Below are positions 26,116 to 35,726 of a stretch of 52,583 nucleotides of DNA, one piece after another. Origin of the DNA: Anaerolinea thermophila (GTDB lineage Bacteria; Chloroflexota; Anaerolineae; Anaerolineales; Villigracilaceae); contig DYML01000001.1 in assembly GCA_020721605.1 (NCBI GenBank), forward strand, positions 1 to 52,583, given 5' to 3'. Under the pieces are notes generated by a model, which made no database searches, was not told the origin of the DNA, and saw nothing but the letters and a program-made list of their open reading frames with translations. A program made the translations under genes and the position numbers. Positions within the stretch are counted from its first letter, which is position 1. Every line of letters begins with the position of its first letter.

Positions 26116-27309
26116 ATGGAATTTGAACAAATCATCAAACGCATCGAATTTTTAGACAAACAACAACGCGAAAACAAAGAGATTATTGCTGCGTTAAGCG
26201 AGCGTTTGAATTCCTTTGAAACCACAGTCAACGTGGTTTCAAAACAGGTAAAACCGCTTGGCAAACAAATTGCCGACCTAACCCCCGTCACCAAACGCGT
26301 AGACCAATACGAAACCATGCTCTCCAAGCAGCGCAACGACCTGATTAAAATGATCGAACAAGTGGATAAAACCCACACCCACACCGAAAGTGAACTGACA
26401 AAACAACATCTACCAGAACTGCTTGAAATTAATAAATCCATTTCACAATTAAAATCGGCAACCAGCACCAGCCTGACAGAATTTAAAAAACAAATTAAAG
26501 AACGCGGCGATGAAACTCAACGCTTACGCGAAAACATGAGCGACTTCAAAACCCATGTAGACGAAGCCGCCCGCTCCAACGCCGACGTACTCCATGCCCT
26601 AAAAGCCATGGACGAAACCCGCAAAAATGACCTAAAGCACATCACAGACATTCAAGGCGAATTAAGCGCACTGCGCAAACGAGTAGACGAAAACCGCGAA
26701 AAACACACCATGACCGCCGATGGTCTACGCAACATTGAAAGCCGATTCACCGACTTAATCGCCTCGGAACTGGGGCGCAAACAGGCACAAACCGCATTCC
26801 TCGAACAGCAAGCCATTGCCCAACTAGACCGCGACCGCGCCTGGAAAGAATGGCGCGAAAAATACGAAGTCTTCAAAAAAGAATCCTCCGGAATAGACAA
26901 CCACATCCAAACCCTAGACGAAGCCTTGCGCGGCGCAAAACGAGCGCAAGACACCTACCTGGAACTCAACACAAAACTGGAACGCCGCATAAACGAAGTA
27001 ACCGAAATGCAGCGCCTGGCAGAAGACCGCCTGCGGCAGGAATGGGTGAGTTTTAAAGTAGACGACCAAAAACGCTGGACGGGTTACAGCCTCTCCAACG
27101 AAGAATCCTTCCGCGACATTCGCAAAGACTTGCAAAAAACAGACGAGCGCATCACCCCGTTGGACGATGTAACCCAGGTCTTGCAAGATCAAATTCACCA
27201 GATTACCGATGCCACAGAAAAAGAATTACAGGAAATAATGAACGTGGTGCATGAATGGATGACCTCCTACCAGCGCATCATGGGACATGGCAAGAAAACC
27301 ACGAAATAA
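26116..27309 (+). CDS. Long coiled-coil protein of unknown function
   Basis: 397 aa rich in E/K/Q/R with heptad periodicity; no TM or signal peptide. Confidence 0.85.
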   Translation: MEFEQIIKRIEFLDKQQRENKEIIAALSERLNSFETTVNVVSKQVKPLGKQIADLTPVTKRVDQYETMLSKQRNDLIKMIEQVDKTHTHTESELTKQHLPELLEINKSISQLKSATSTSLTEFKKQIKERGDETQRLRENMSDFKTHVDEAARSNADVLHALKAMDETRKNDLKHITDIQGELSALRKRVDENREKHTMTADGLRNIESRFTDLIASELGRKQAQTAFLEQQAIAQLDRDRAWKEWREKYEVFKKESSGIDNHIQTLDEALRGAKRAQDTYLELNTKLERRINEVTEMQRLAEDRLRQEWVSFKVDDQKRWTGYSLSNEESFRDIRKDLQKTDERITPLDDVTQVLQDQIHQITDATEKELQEIMNVVHEWMTSYQRIMGHGKKTTK

Positions 27310-27320
27310 AAATGCAGCGC

Positions 27321-27359
27321 GCAGCGTGTTTCGTAAACCTTCAAAACGAAACGCGCTAC
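27321..27359. repeat. REP-like inverted repeat upstream of selB
   Basis: GCAGCGTGTTTCGT-N11-ACGAAACGCGCTAC (12/14 complementary); no U-tract. Confidence 0.6.
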
Positions 27360-27401
27360 ACAAAATTTCCCCACTCAGTTGGAACACACCCAAATAAAAT
27401 C

Positions 27402-29297
27402 ATGCGAGTCATCGGCACAGCAGGTCATGTAGATCACGGCAAATCCACACTTATTGCGGCGCTAACAGGCACGCACCCCGACCGCCTTAAAGAAGAACAA
27501 GCGCGCGAAATGACCATTGAACTTGGCTTTGGCTGGCTCACACTGCCCAACGGTGAAGAAGTAGGCATTGTAGACGTGCCAGGTCACCGTGACTTCATTG
27601 AAAACATGCTGGCAGGCATTGGCGGCATTGACGCGGCGCTGCTGGTCATTGCCGCAGATGAAGGCGTAATGCCGCAAACCCAAGAACACCTGTCAATTTT
27701 AGATCTATTGCAAACTCCCGCCGGGCTGATCGTGCTCACCAAAATAGACCTTGCGCCAGACGCGGGCTGGCTTGATCTAATAGAAATGGACATTCGTGCC
27801 GCTGTGGACAAAACGGTTTTGCAAAACGCCCCCATCATCCGCGTTTCAGCAAAAACAAAAACAGGGCTGCCCCTGCTCTTAAACGCCCTCAACAAAATAT
27901 TAGAAGAAAAACCAGAACGGCTCGACCTCAACCGCCCGCGCCTGCCCATTGACCGCGTCTTCAGCATGAGCGGGTTTGGCACTATCGTCACAGGCACACT
28001 CAACGATGGTCACCTGAGCGTGGGCGATGAAGTTGAAATTTTACCCAGCGGCTTAAAAGGCAGAATCCGCGGACTGCAAACCCACAAAAAAAAAGAAGAA
28101 ACAGCCGTACTCGGCTCACGGACTGCGATCAACATTTCGGGCATCAACACCGAGTTTATAAAACGCGGTGAGGTCGTAACACACCCCAATCAATATCAGA
28201 CCACCCGCCGAATTGACGCGCGATTTCGGCTGCTTAAAAACGCATCTGCCCCCATCAAACATGGAGACGAGGTAAAATTTTTTGTGGGCGCAAGCGAAAG
28301 CATGGCAACCCTGCGCCTGCTTGGCGCCGAAGAACTACTGCCCGATACAGAAGGCTGGATTCAACTTGAACTGCGCGACCCCGTCGTTACCGTACGCGGA
28401 GATAAATACATCCTGCGCCGACCCTCACCCAGCGAAACCCTCGGCGGCGGAATCGTTATTGATCACCAGCCCAAAGGCAGGCACAAACGCTTTAACGCAA
28501 ACACACTCAAATCACTTGAATCGCTCGCACAAGGCACACCCACAGAAATTTTACAAGAAGCCGCACTCGCCCTACACGCCGCCCCCATCAAAGAAATGGT
28601 CATAAAATCACGGCTGGAAACCTCGGCGGCAGAAACAGGGCTGCAAGCATTAATTGCCAGCGGGCAGTTGATTATTTTGGAAGACGGCGCACAAACCAGC
28701 GAGAGCAACTGCCTGGGTATTGCCCTGCCGCATTGGAATAGCCTGCGCACAAAAACATTAGGAATTTTAGAAACCTACCACAAGCAATTTCCGCTAAGAC
28801 GCGGCATACCGCGCGAAGAATTAAAAAGCAAACTAAAACTTTTACCGCGCATTTTTAATGCCGCCGTTCAAAAATTAATCCGCGACCAGGCAATCATGGA
28901 TTATTCACGCTGGCTGGCAAAACCAGAACACCAAATTAAATTCAGCGGGGCAGAACAAACCAAAGTGAAAGAATTGCTGCGCAAATTTGATCAAAATGCC
29001 TATGTCACGCCCAGCATCAAGGAATGTCAAAATGAAGTTGGCGAAGAGGTTGTCACTGCCCTGATCGAATTGGGGGAACTCACCACAGTTTCGCAAGATG
29101 TTGTTTTTCGTAAAAAAGATTATGAGACACTGGTACAAAAGGTTTGCCTTGCGATGGAACAAAATGGAGAAATTACGCTTGCCGAAGTACGCGATACCCT
29201 CGGCACCACCCGAAAATATGCCCAGGCGCTGCTGGAACATTTGGATGCCATTGGAATCACCTTGCGGGCAGGAGACATCCGCAGGCTAAAAAAATGA
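27402..29297 (+). CDS. selB: Selenocysteine-specific elongation factor
   Basis: MRVIGTAGHVDHGKS, EMTIELGF, DVPGH, TKID, C-terminal winged helix TTRKYAQALLEHLD; start reassigned to 27402. Confidence 0.96.
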   Translation: MRVIGTAGHVDHGKSTLIAALTGTHPDRLKEEQAREMTIELGFGWLTLPNGEEVGIVDVPGHRDFIENMLAGIGGIDAALLVIAADEGVMPQTQEHLSILDLLQTPAGLIVLTKIDLAPDAGWLDLIEMDIRAAVDKTVLQNAPIIRVSAKTKTGLPLLLNALNKILEEKPERLDLNRPRLPIDRVFSMSGFGTIVTGTLNDGHLSVGDEVEILPSGLKGRIRGLQTHKKKEETAVLGSRTAINISGINTEFIKRGEVVTHPNQYQTTRRIDARFRLLKNASAPIKHGDEVKFFVGASESMATLRLLGAEELLPDTEGWIQLELRDPVVTVRGDKYILRRPSPSETLGGGIVIDHQPKGRHKRFNANTLKSLESLAQGTPTEILQEAALALHAAPIKEMVIKSRLETSAAETGLQALIASGQLIILEDGAQTSESNCLGIALPHWNSLRTKTLGILETYHKQFPLRRGIPREELKSKLKLLPRIFNAAVQKLIRDQAIMDYSRWLAKPEHQIKFSGAEQTKVKELLRKFDQNAYVTPSIKECQNEVGEEVVTALIELGELTTVSQDVVFRKKDYETLVQKVCLAMEQNGEITLAEVRDTLGTTRKYAQALLEHLDAIGITLRAGDIRRLKK

Positions 29298-29304
29298 GCA
29301 GACC

Positions 29305-31353
29305 ATGATCTCTTTGATAAAAAAAATCTTTATGCCCCCTCCAGAAGAAAATGAAGAGAAAGCGCATCAAGCGTATTTTCTCAACATTATTGTTTGGATA
29401 TTAATTTTCATCCCCCCCATTTATTATGTATATATCATTGTTGCAATTCCCCAGGAAGCCCCGCGCGCTTTAACGCAAGCGCTCTTTACAGAGGTTATCA
29501 ACGGCGTAATTTTATATTTATTGCAACGCAAATATATAGACACAGCCGCAATGGTTCAAATTAGCGCATTATGGATTTTCTTCACAGTATCGGCAGTAAC
29601 GGGGCTAGGGGTAAGCGGACAATCCTATTTATTGGGCTATCCGCTGGTCATTATGGTGACAGGCATACTCAAAAAATGGCGCGTGGTAGTCGGCATAACT
29701 GCGCTTTCTCTTGCCAGCGGCTGGGCAATGGCATACACAGAAAGCCAGGGATATTTTCTCTCCGGTCATACCAGCATGCCCATTAAAGCATGGGTCAGTA
29801 GTCTAATTATCTTTCCCATGGGAGCAATTTTGCAAATGCTCGCCAAGCGCACCCTGCAAAACGCATTAAAACGGGCATACGCCAGTGAAGAAAGATATAA
29901 ATTAATATCAGCAGTCAGCACCGATTATATTTACAGCAGCGATGTAACCCGCGAGGGGAAAGTAAATTTAGTTTGGGTGGCAGGCGCGTTTGAAAAAATG
30001 ACCGGCTATACCGTGGAAGAGTATAAAGCAGCGGGCGGGTGGACGAAAAATATTCACCCCGACGATCTTGAAAAAGATGATCAAGACATGCAAACCCTGT
30101 TCAAAAATGAAAATGTTGTAAACTCCAACATTAGAATATTTACAAAAAGCGGCGAGATTCGTTGGGAGCGCATTTTTGCACACCCGATCTGGAGTGAAGA
30201 AAAAAACCGCCTGATTAAAATTGTGGGCGCCGTGCAAGACATAACATTGCAAAAACAATCCGAGGAAAGGCTTAAAGAAATTCTGCTTCAACAAACTGCC
30301 ATCTTAAATAATATTCCCGATATGGCTTGGTTAAAAAATAAAAACGGGCAATACGTTGCCGTAAACGAACAATTTGCAAAGTCTGCCGGCAAAACGATAG
30401 AAGAAATTACAGGAAAAACAGATTTTGAAATTTGGGATATGGAATTTGCCAATAGTTATCACCAGGACGACCTGGAGGTAATACAAAGCCGTCAAAGAAA
30501 ATGCACAGAAGAAATTCAAATGGACAGCAGCGGCAGAAAATATTGGATAGAGACAACAAAGACGCCCATTTTAGACGAAAAGGGAGTGGTGGTTGGAACC
30601 ACCGGCATTGCCCGCGAAATTACAGAAAGAAAAAAAGCGGAAATGGAACGTGAAACGCTCATTGCAGAATTGGAAGCCAAAAACGCAGAGTTGGAACGCT
30701 ACACATATACCGTTTCGCACGATCTTAAATCTCCACTGGTCACGATCAGAGGCTTTCTTGGGTATCTCGAAAAAGATGCGCTGACAGGAAATACAAAAAA
30801 AATAAAAGATGATATTAATCGCATTGATAATGCCGCCCAAAAAATGTACGCGCTGCTAAATGACCTGCTTGAACTTTCACGCATTGGGCGAATCATAAAC
30901 GAACCCACAGAAATGCTTTTTACAGATGTAGTACAAGACGCAATAGACCTGGTGAGCGGACAGATTAAAGAAAAAAACATCAACATTCAAATCCAAAATA
31001 CGCCAGCCCGCATCTACGGCGACCGTATGCGCCTGACAGAAGCGATTCAAAACCTGACAGACAATGCCATCAAATTTATGGGCAATCAACCCCAGCCACA
31101 TATTAGCATAGGCGCTGTCAGCAGCGAAAAAAATGAAACGGTATTCTTTGTTTCAGATAATGGCGTAGGCATTGAAAAACAATATCATGAGCGCATTTTT
31201 ACCTTGTTTAGCAAACTAAACGCAGAAACAGAAGGCACAGGCATTGGGCTGACGCTTGTAAAGCGAATTATTGAGGTTCACAAGGGAAGCATTTGGCTTG
31301 AATCTAGGGCGGGAAAGGGGACGACATTTTATTTCACGTTGAATCAGACCTGA
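29305..31353 (+). CDS. Membrane-bound PAS-PAS sensor histidine kinase
   Basis: N-terminal TMs; IHPDD PAS; second PAS ending in GIAREITERK; SHDLKSPL H-box; NAIKF, DNGVG and GTGIGL boxes. Confidence 0.93.
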   Translation: MISLIKKIFMPPPEENEEKAHQAYFLNIIVWILIFIPPIYYVYIIVAIPQEAPRALTQALFTEVINGVILYLLQRKYIDTAAMVQISALWIFFTVSAVTGLGVSGQSYLLGYPLVIMVTGILKKWRVVVGITALSLASGWAMAYTESQGYFLSGHTSMPIKAWVSSLIIFPMGAILQMLAKRTLQNALKRAYASEERYKLISAVSTDYIYSSDVTREGKVNLVWVAGAFEKMTGYTVEEYKAAGGWTKNIHPDDLEKDDQDMQTLFKNENVVNSNIRIFTKSGEIRWERIFAHPIWSEEKNRLIKIVGAVQDITLQKQSEERLKEILLQQTAILNNIPDMAWLKNKNGQYVAVNEQFAKSAGKTIEEITGKTDFEIWDMEFANSYHQDDLEVIQSRQRKCTEEIQMDSSGRKYWIETTKTPILDEKGVVVGTTGIAREITERKKAEMERETLIAELEAKNAELERYTYTVSHDLKSPLVTIRGFLGYLEKDALTGNTKKIKDDINRIDNAAQKMYALLNDLLELSRIGRIINEPTEMLFTDVVQDAIDLVSGQIKEKNINIQIQNTPARIYGDRMRLTEAIQNLTDNAIKFMGNQPQPHISIGAVSSEKNETVFFVSDNGVGIEKQYHERIFTLFSKLNAETEGTGIGLTLVKRIIEVHKGSIWLESRAGKGTTFYFTLNQT

Positions 31354-31376
31354 GCCATTGGCTCGAAGGAAACTCC

Positions 31377-32066
31377 ATGTGCGGACGATTTACACTGACT
31401 GCCAACCCAGCGGAATTTAAGAATGCACTGACTGGTTTTCTATTTCCAGACCAGTTTACACCGCGCTACAACATTGCCCCTGCACAGCCCATCCTTGCCA
31501 TTGCCAACGATGGCAGGCACACTGCGGATTTTTTTCTATGGGGGTTGATCCCTTCATGGTCAAAAGACGCTTTGAGTGTACACAAGCTGATCAACGCGCG
31601 TGGAGAAACCCTTGCAGAAAAGCCTTCCTTTCGCGGCAGTTTCAAATACAAGCGCTGCCTTATTCCTGCCGATGGATTTTACGAATGGAAAGTGGAAGCA
31701 GGCACAAAAACAAAAACGCCGTATTTCATCCACATGAAAGACCGCCAGCCATTTGCCTTTGCAGGCTTGTGGGATGAATGGCATTCGCCAGACGGCAACA
31801 CGCTCCGCACCTGCGCCATCATCACCACCACGCCCAATGAGTTGATGTCCAACCTGCATAGCCGTATGCCCGTGATTTTAGATCAGGAAAATTATGGGGC
31901 TTGGCTAAACCCCGCGCCGCAATCCCGCGAAAATCTGATTCATCTTATTCAGCCCTTCGCCGCCGATAGAATGTCTGCCTACCCCGTCTCGATATTGGTC
32001 AATATCCCTGGCAACGACCGCCCCGAATTAATTATGCCAATGGAACACACATCACGCAACATATAA
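31377..32066 (+). CDS. SOS response-associated peptidase (SRAP/YedK family abasic-site processing protein)
   Basis: N-terminal MCGRF, RYNIAP, INARGE, GFYEW, HSRMPVIL. Confidence 0.95.
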   Translation: MCGRFTLTANPAEFKNALTGFLFPDQFTPRYNIAPAQPILAIANDGRHTADFFLWGLIPSWSKDALSVHKLINARGETLAEKPSFRGSFKYKRCLIPADGFYEWKVEAGTKTKTPYFIHMKDRQPFAFAGLWDEWHSPDGNTLRTCAIITTTPNELMSNLHSRMPVILDQENYGAWLNPAPQSRENLIHLIQPFAADRMSAYPVSILVNIPGNDRPELIMPMEHTSRNI

Positions 32067-32083
32067 ATTTTCCCTTTCAAAAG

Positions 32084-33358
32084 ATGACATCCCTCTCTCA
32101 ACGCTTCCCCGCCCTAGCCTCGCGCGACTTCGCCATCTTTTGGGTGGGACATTTGGTGTCGTTGATTGGCACGTCCATGCAAAATACAGCCTTGCCGCTG
32201 CTGGCATACCGACTCAGCGGGCGACCCTTTGACTTGGGGCTGATCGGCTTTGCAGTGACTCTGCCCACTTTTTTTCTTGCCATCCCAGGCGGCGTTCTGG
32301 TCGAACATGTTGATAAACGCAAAGCCATCATCTTCCTGCAAATTATTATGATGCTGGACACATTCGCGCTTGCCTTCCTCACTTTGAGCGAAACCATCCA
32401 AATCTGGCATATCGTCGTCACCTCCCTCATTCTTGGCATGGCAACCGCATTTGAGATCACAGCGCGTCAATCCATGTTGATCGAGTTGGTGGGGCGCGAA
32501 TCTCTGCCGAATGCCATTGCCTTACAAGCCACGGCATTCAATCTCTCGCGCGTGCTGGGTCCTGCGCTGATTTTTCCCATATTTTTACTCTTTCCTAAAA
32601 ATGGCGAAGGCTGGGTCTTTCTGCTAAATGGCATTAGTTTTATTGCCATAATTATCGGCTTATTTTTTGTACGCACGCTTTTCAAAACGCCCACCGAGCG
32701 GCGCACGCGCCCCATGTTAATGGAACTGCGCGAAGGAACACAATATCTCATCGCCAATCCAGCAGTCGGCTTGCTGATTATCATCGCGGCTACTTTGGGG
32801 ATATTTGCATTTCCCATTATTCAACAACTACCCGTAATTTCCCAAGACCTGCTTGGGCAGATCGGGGATACAAAAGCCACAGTAGACATGCGAAATAGTT
32901 TTTTATACACGGCTCAGGGAGCAGGCGCATTAATCGCCGCATTCTCAATTGCCATGAATAACAGCGCACGGCGGCGCGGACTGCGTCTCATTTTGGGAGA
33001 AGCCGCTTTCATCCTCGGTATGATTATTATTCCATTTTCCCATTCGGTGTGGGCTGTCACAATCATCATTGCATTAATGGGCTGGGGGTCGGTGACTCAA
33101 CTTGCCACCATGAACACATTAATTCAATTACAAGTGCCAGATCATTTAAGAGGGCGCGTATTCAGCATTTACCTCTGGGCTTTGCAGGGAACAACGCCAT
33201 TTGGCAGCCTGCTCATTGGGTGGCTGACACAAGAGTTCAACCTCTCCACCACTGCCTTACTATGCGGAGTAATTTCACTGATCGTGATTGGCGGCATTCA
33301 ATTTTTTCACCCCATTGCCCGACAAGGAGCATCAGACAGCGGGTTAACGCAGGATTAG
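32084..33358 (+). CDS. MFS transporter (MFS_3/efflux-like)
   Basis: About 12 TMs; RDFAIFW..SLIG, NLSRVLGP, LRGRVFS. Confidence 0.9.
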   Translation: MTSLSQRFPALASRDFAIFWVGHLVSLIGTSMQNTALPLLAYRLSGRPFDLGLIGFAVTLPTFFLAIPGGVLVEHVDKRKAIIFLQIIMMLDTFALAFLTLSETIQIWHIVVTSLILGMATAFEITARQSMLIELVGRESLPNAIALQATAFNLSRVLGPALIFPIFLLFPKNGEGWVFLLNGISFIAIIIGLFFVRTLFKTPTERRTRPMLMELREGTQYLIANPAVGLLIIIAATLGIFAFPIIQQLPVISQDLLGQIGDTKATVDMRNSFLYTAQGAGALIAAFSIAMNNSARRRGLRLILGEAAFILGMIIIPFSHSVWAVTIIIALMGWGSVTQLATMNTLIQLQVPDHLRGRVFSIYLWALQGTTPFGSLLIGWLTQEFNLSTTALLCGVISLIVIGGIQFFHPIARQGASDSGLTQD

Positions 33359-33374
33359 CGTTTAAACCTATAAC

Positions 33375-33404
33375 TTGACTTCAAATTTTTGCCCGTGTTA
33401 TGAT
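33375..33404 (+). promoter_or_regulatory. Sigma70 promoter, leaderless start at ATG 33412
   Basis: TTGACT-18-TATGAT with extended TG; ATG 7 nt downstream. Confidence 0.65.
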
Positions 33405-33411
33405 GATAAAT

Positions 33412-34632
33412 ATGCAAAATAATTTCAACAAAAACGCGCCAGAATTTACAGAATCGGATAAAAATAAAGATGAACTCAATCATACGCCAGACAGCCAGGC
33501 AAGAAAGCCGGGGGTCGTTACGCGCTGGCTGAACAACCTCATTCAAATGGGGCTGGGTGAATCACTGGTGCGGGTTGGTACAAATCTATTTTCTGTGATC
33601 GCCCTTGTGGGCGTAATTATATTGGCGCAAGCCTACTATCATCAAAACCCAAGCCGATTTTCTGCAAATAACAGCCCATCGGCAGTCTCTGCCCCTCCCG
33701 CGGGGGTAGACATCGGCTCCATGCCGGCGTTGGATATTCCCATTACGTCCGGAATTTCACGCGCGGCTCAACTTCATACCAATGTGCCATCGCGCCCAAG
33801 ACAAGAGATCACAACCTATACCGTACAAGACGGCGACACAGTCTTTGGCATTGCAGAAAAATTTGGGCTTGCCCCCGAAACCATATTATTCGGCAACTAC
33901 AATATTCTGGTAGACGACCCCCATTCATTAACTGCCGGGCAGAATTTAACCATCCTCCCGGTTAATGGCGTATATTGGGAATGGCTGGGCGGCATTCCCT
34001 TTGGTGAGTGGGCAAAGTTTTACCATGTCACCGCCGCAGACATTATCGAATTTCCTGGCAACCATATTGACCCCAACACAGTGGGCGATTTTGAGAACGC
34101 AAATATAAAAACAGGCACCTGGCTGATTATTCCTGGCGGCTCGCGGGAATTTACAACCTGGTACGCGCCCGTTGGCGTAACGCGCGAAAACCCGTCTACC
34201 GCACGAGTTATGGGGCAGGGCGCATGTGAGGCAGTCAGTGGCGGCGCAGTGGGGTATGGAACGTACGTCTACCCGACCAATAAACATTATCTTTCAGGGT
34301 TCGATTATTCTGAGAAAACAAATCATCGCGGGCTGGACTTTGCAGGCAGTGAAGGCGAAGGTGTGTACGCAACAGATGCAGGGGTCATTGTTTATTCGGG
34401 TTGGAACGACTATGGCTACGGCAATATGGTTATGATTGATCACGGCAACGGCTTTCAGTCGTTGTATGCCCACCTGAGCGCAATCTATCGCGGCTGCGGG
34501 CAAAGTGTTGGGCAGGGCGAAGGAATTGGCGCAGTGGGAACCACAGGGCGCTCGTCGGGTCCACACCTGCATTTTGAGTTGATGACCTCCACCTGGAAAG
34601 TGAACCCGTGGGATTACCTCCCCCCGCCTTAA
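33412..34632 (+). CDS. LysM plus M23 metallopeptidase, membrane anchored
   Basis: TM helix; YTVQDGDTVFGIA LysM; HRGLD, YAHL and GPHLHFE M23 motifs. Confidence 0.92.
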   Translation: MQNNFNKNAPEFTESDKNKDELNHTPDSQARKPGVVTRWLNNLIQMGLGESLVRVGTNLFSVIALVGVIILAQAYYHQNPSRFSANNSPSAVSAPPAGVDIGSMPALDIPITSGISRAAQLHTNVPSRPRQEITTYTVQDGDTVFGIAEKFGLAPETILFGNYNILVDDPHSLTAGQNLTILPVNGVYWEWLGGIPFGEWAKFYHVTAADIIEFPGNHIDPNTVGDFENANIKTGTWLIIPGGSREFTTWYAPVGVTRENPSTARVMGQGACEAVSGGAVGYGTYVYPTNKHYLSGFDYSEKTNHRGLDFAGSEGEGVYATDAGVIVYSGWNDYGYGNMVMIDHGNGFQSLYAHLSAIYRGCGQSVGQGEGIGAVGTTGRSSGPHLHFELMTSTWKVNPWDYLPPP

Positions 34633-34637
34633 AGCAC

Positions 34638-34666
34638 TTGCCAAACCATGAAGCCTATACTATAAT
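34638..34666 (+). promoter_or_regulatory. Sigma70 promoter of the tRNA
   Basis: TTGCCA-17-TATAAT followed by a GC-rich discriminator. Confidence 0.8.
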
Positions 34667-34689
34667 CCGCCTCGCTTCGTTAGAAACGA

Positions 34690-34763
34690 GGTCTCATAGT
34701 TCAGTTGGTTAGAACATTCGGTTCACATCCGAAAGGTCACTGGTTCGAGCCCAGTTGAGACCA
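34690..34763 (+). tRNA. tRNA-Val (anticodon CAC), CCA not encoded
   Basis: Acceptor GGTCTCA/TGAGACC; D arm TAGTTCAGTTGGTTAGAAC; anticodon arm TTCGG-TTCACAT-CCGAA; T arm ACTGG-TTCGAGC-CCAGT. Confidence 0.96.
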
Positions 34764-34764
34764 C

Positions 34765-34799
34765 AAAAAAACCACCCGCATTTTAGCGGGTGGTTTTTT
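34765..34799. terminator. Bidirectional terminator
   Basis: AAAAAAACCACCCGC-ATTTTA-GCGGGTGGTTTTTT. Confidence 0.85.
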
Positions 34800-34825
34800 G
34801 ATTGTACAAAACCAGATTGAAATCT

Positions 34826-35704
34826 TTATGCTGTTTCCTGCTCGGCTTTGCGCATGGAATTGAATGACGCAATTGCCACCTCCAGCATGGAAAGATCGGG
34901 GGTGCGGGTGGTGAGATGCTGCAGCGCCAAGTTTGGTTTGATAATAAATTGAACAAACGGGCTATCCAAATGATTGGCTGTCCAGCGCAGATATTCGAGG
35001 GCAACGCCGGCAAGGATGGGAATAAACAAAACGCGCGTGGCAAGCCGCCAAAAAATAGTCATGGGTCCCAACGCAGTGAAGACGAGAATGGAAAGCAAAA
35101 CAAGCGTGAGCAGAAATGCCGTGCCGCAGCGGGCGTGTTCAATGGGATAGTTTGCCACCACTTCGGGGGTTAATTCTGCGCCTGCTTCAAAGGCGTTGAT
35201 GGTTTTATGCTCCGCGCCGTGATACATGAAGAGCCGCTTAACATCCGGCATAAAACTGATTGCCCAAATATATCCAATTAAGAACAGCAGGCGCAGCGCT
35301 CCTTCGGTTAGGTTATTCAGCCAGGAACTCCAGCCAAGATAATGTTCGGCAAGCCCGCCAAGCCCTGCGGGGAGAAGGAAGAAAAGCCCAATGCCGAGGG
35401 TGAGTGACAGCCCCAAAGTTAGGTACAGGGCAGGACCTTCCAATTTTTCATCTTCTCCCGTTTGGGTATTGGCGGAGATTGTGAGCGCGCTCATGCCCAA
35501 TCCCAGCGCGTCCCACAAAAGTATGGAGCCGCGAAAAAATGGAATTTTTGTAATGCCAGAACGATAAAGATTGGCGAGTTTTTCAGTGTGAATTGCAATA
35601 CTACCATCGGGCGCGCGCATGGCAATAGCATACGCCTTTTGCCCGCGCATCATTACGCCTTCAATCACTGCCTGTCCGCCGTAGGTGATTATTCTATCTT
35701 CCAT
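34826..35704 (-). CDS. DUF1385 (YqhQ-like) membrane protein
   Basis: YGGQAVIEGVMMR, YHGAEHK, HARCGTAF, LQHLTT. Confidence 0.93.
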   Translation of the reverse strand: MEDRIITYGGQAVIEGVMMRGQKAYAIAMRAPDGSIAIHTEKLANLYRSGITKIPFFRGSILLWDALGLGMSALTISANTQTGEDEKLEGPALYLTLGLSLTLGIGLFFLLPAGLGGLAEHYLGWSSWLNNLTEGALRLLFLIGYIWAISFMPDVKRLFMYHGAEHKTINAFEAGAELTPEVVANYPIEHARCGTAFLLTLVLLSILVFTALGPMTIFWRLATRVLFIPILAGVALEYLRWTANHLDSPFVQFIIKPNLALQHLTTRTPDLSMLEVAIASFNSMRKAEQETA

Positions 35705-35726
35705 ATACCTATCAGTCCTTTTTATG

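Noticed and set aside
29295-31400. TGA stops of selB and the kinase as selenocysteine read-through
   Set aside because: Both proteins are complete at the TGA and the next gene starts within 7-23 nt; no Cys-equivalent context
34690-34800. tRNA-Val as an integration site of a genomic island
   Set aside because: No integrase, no duplicated tRNA 3' end seen, flanked by housekeeping genes
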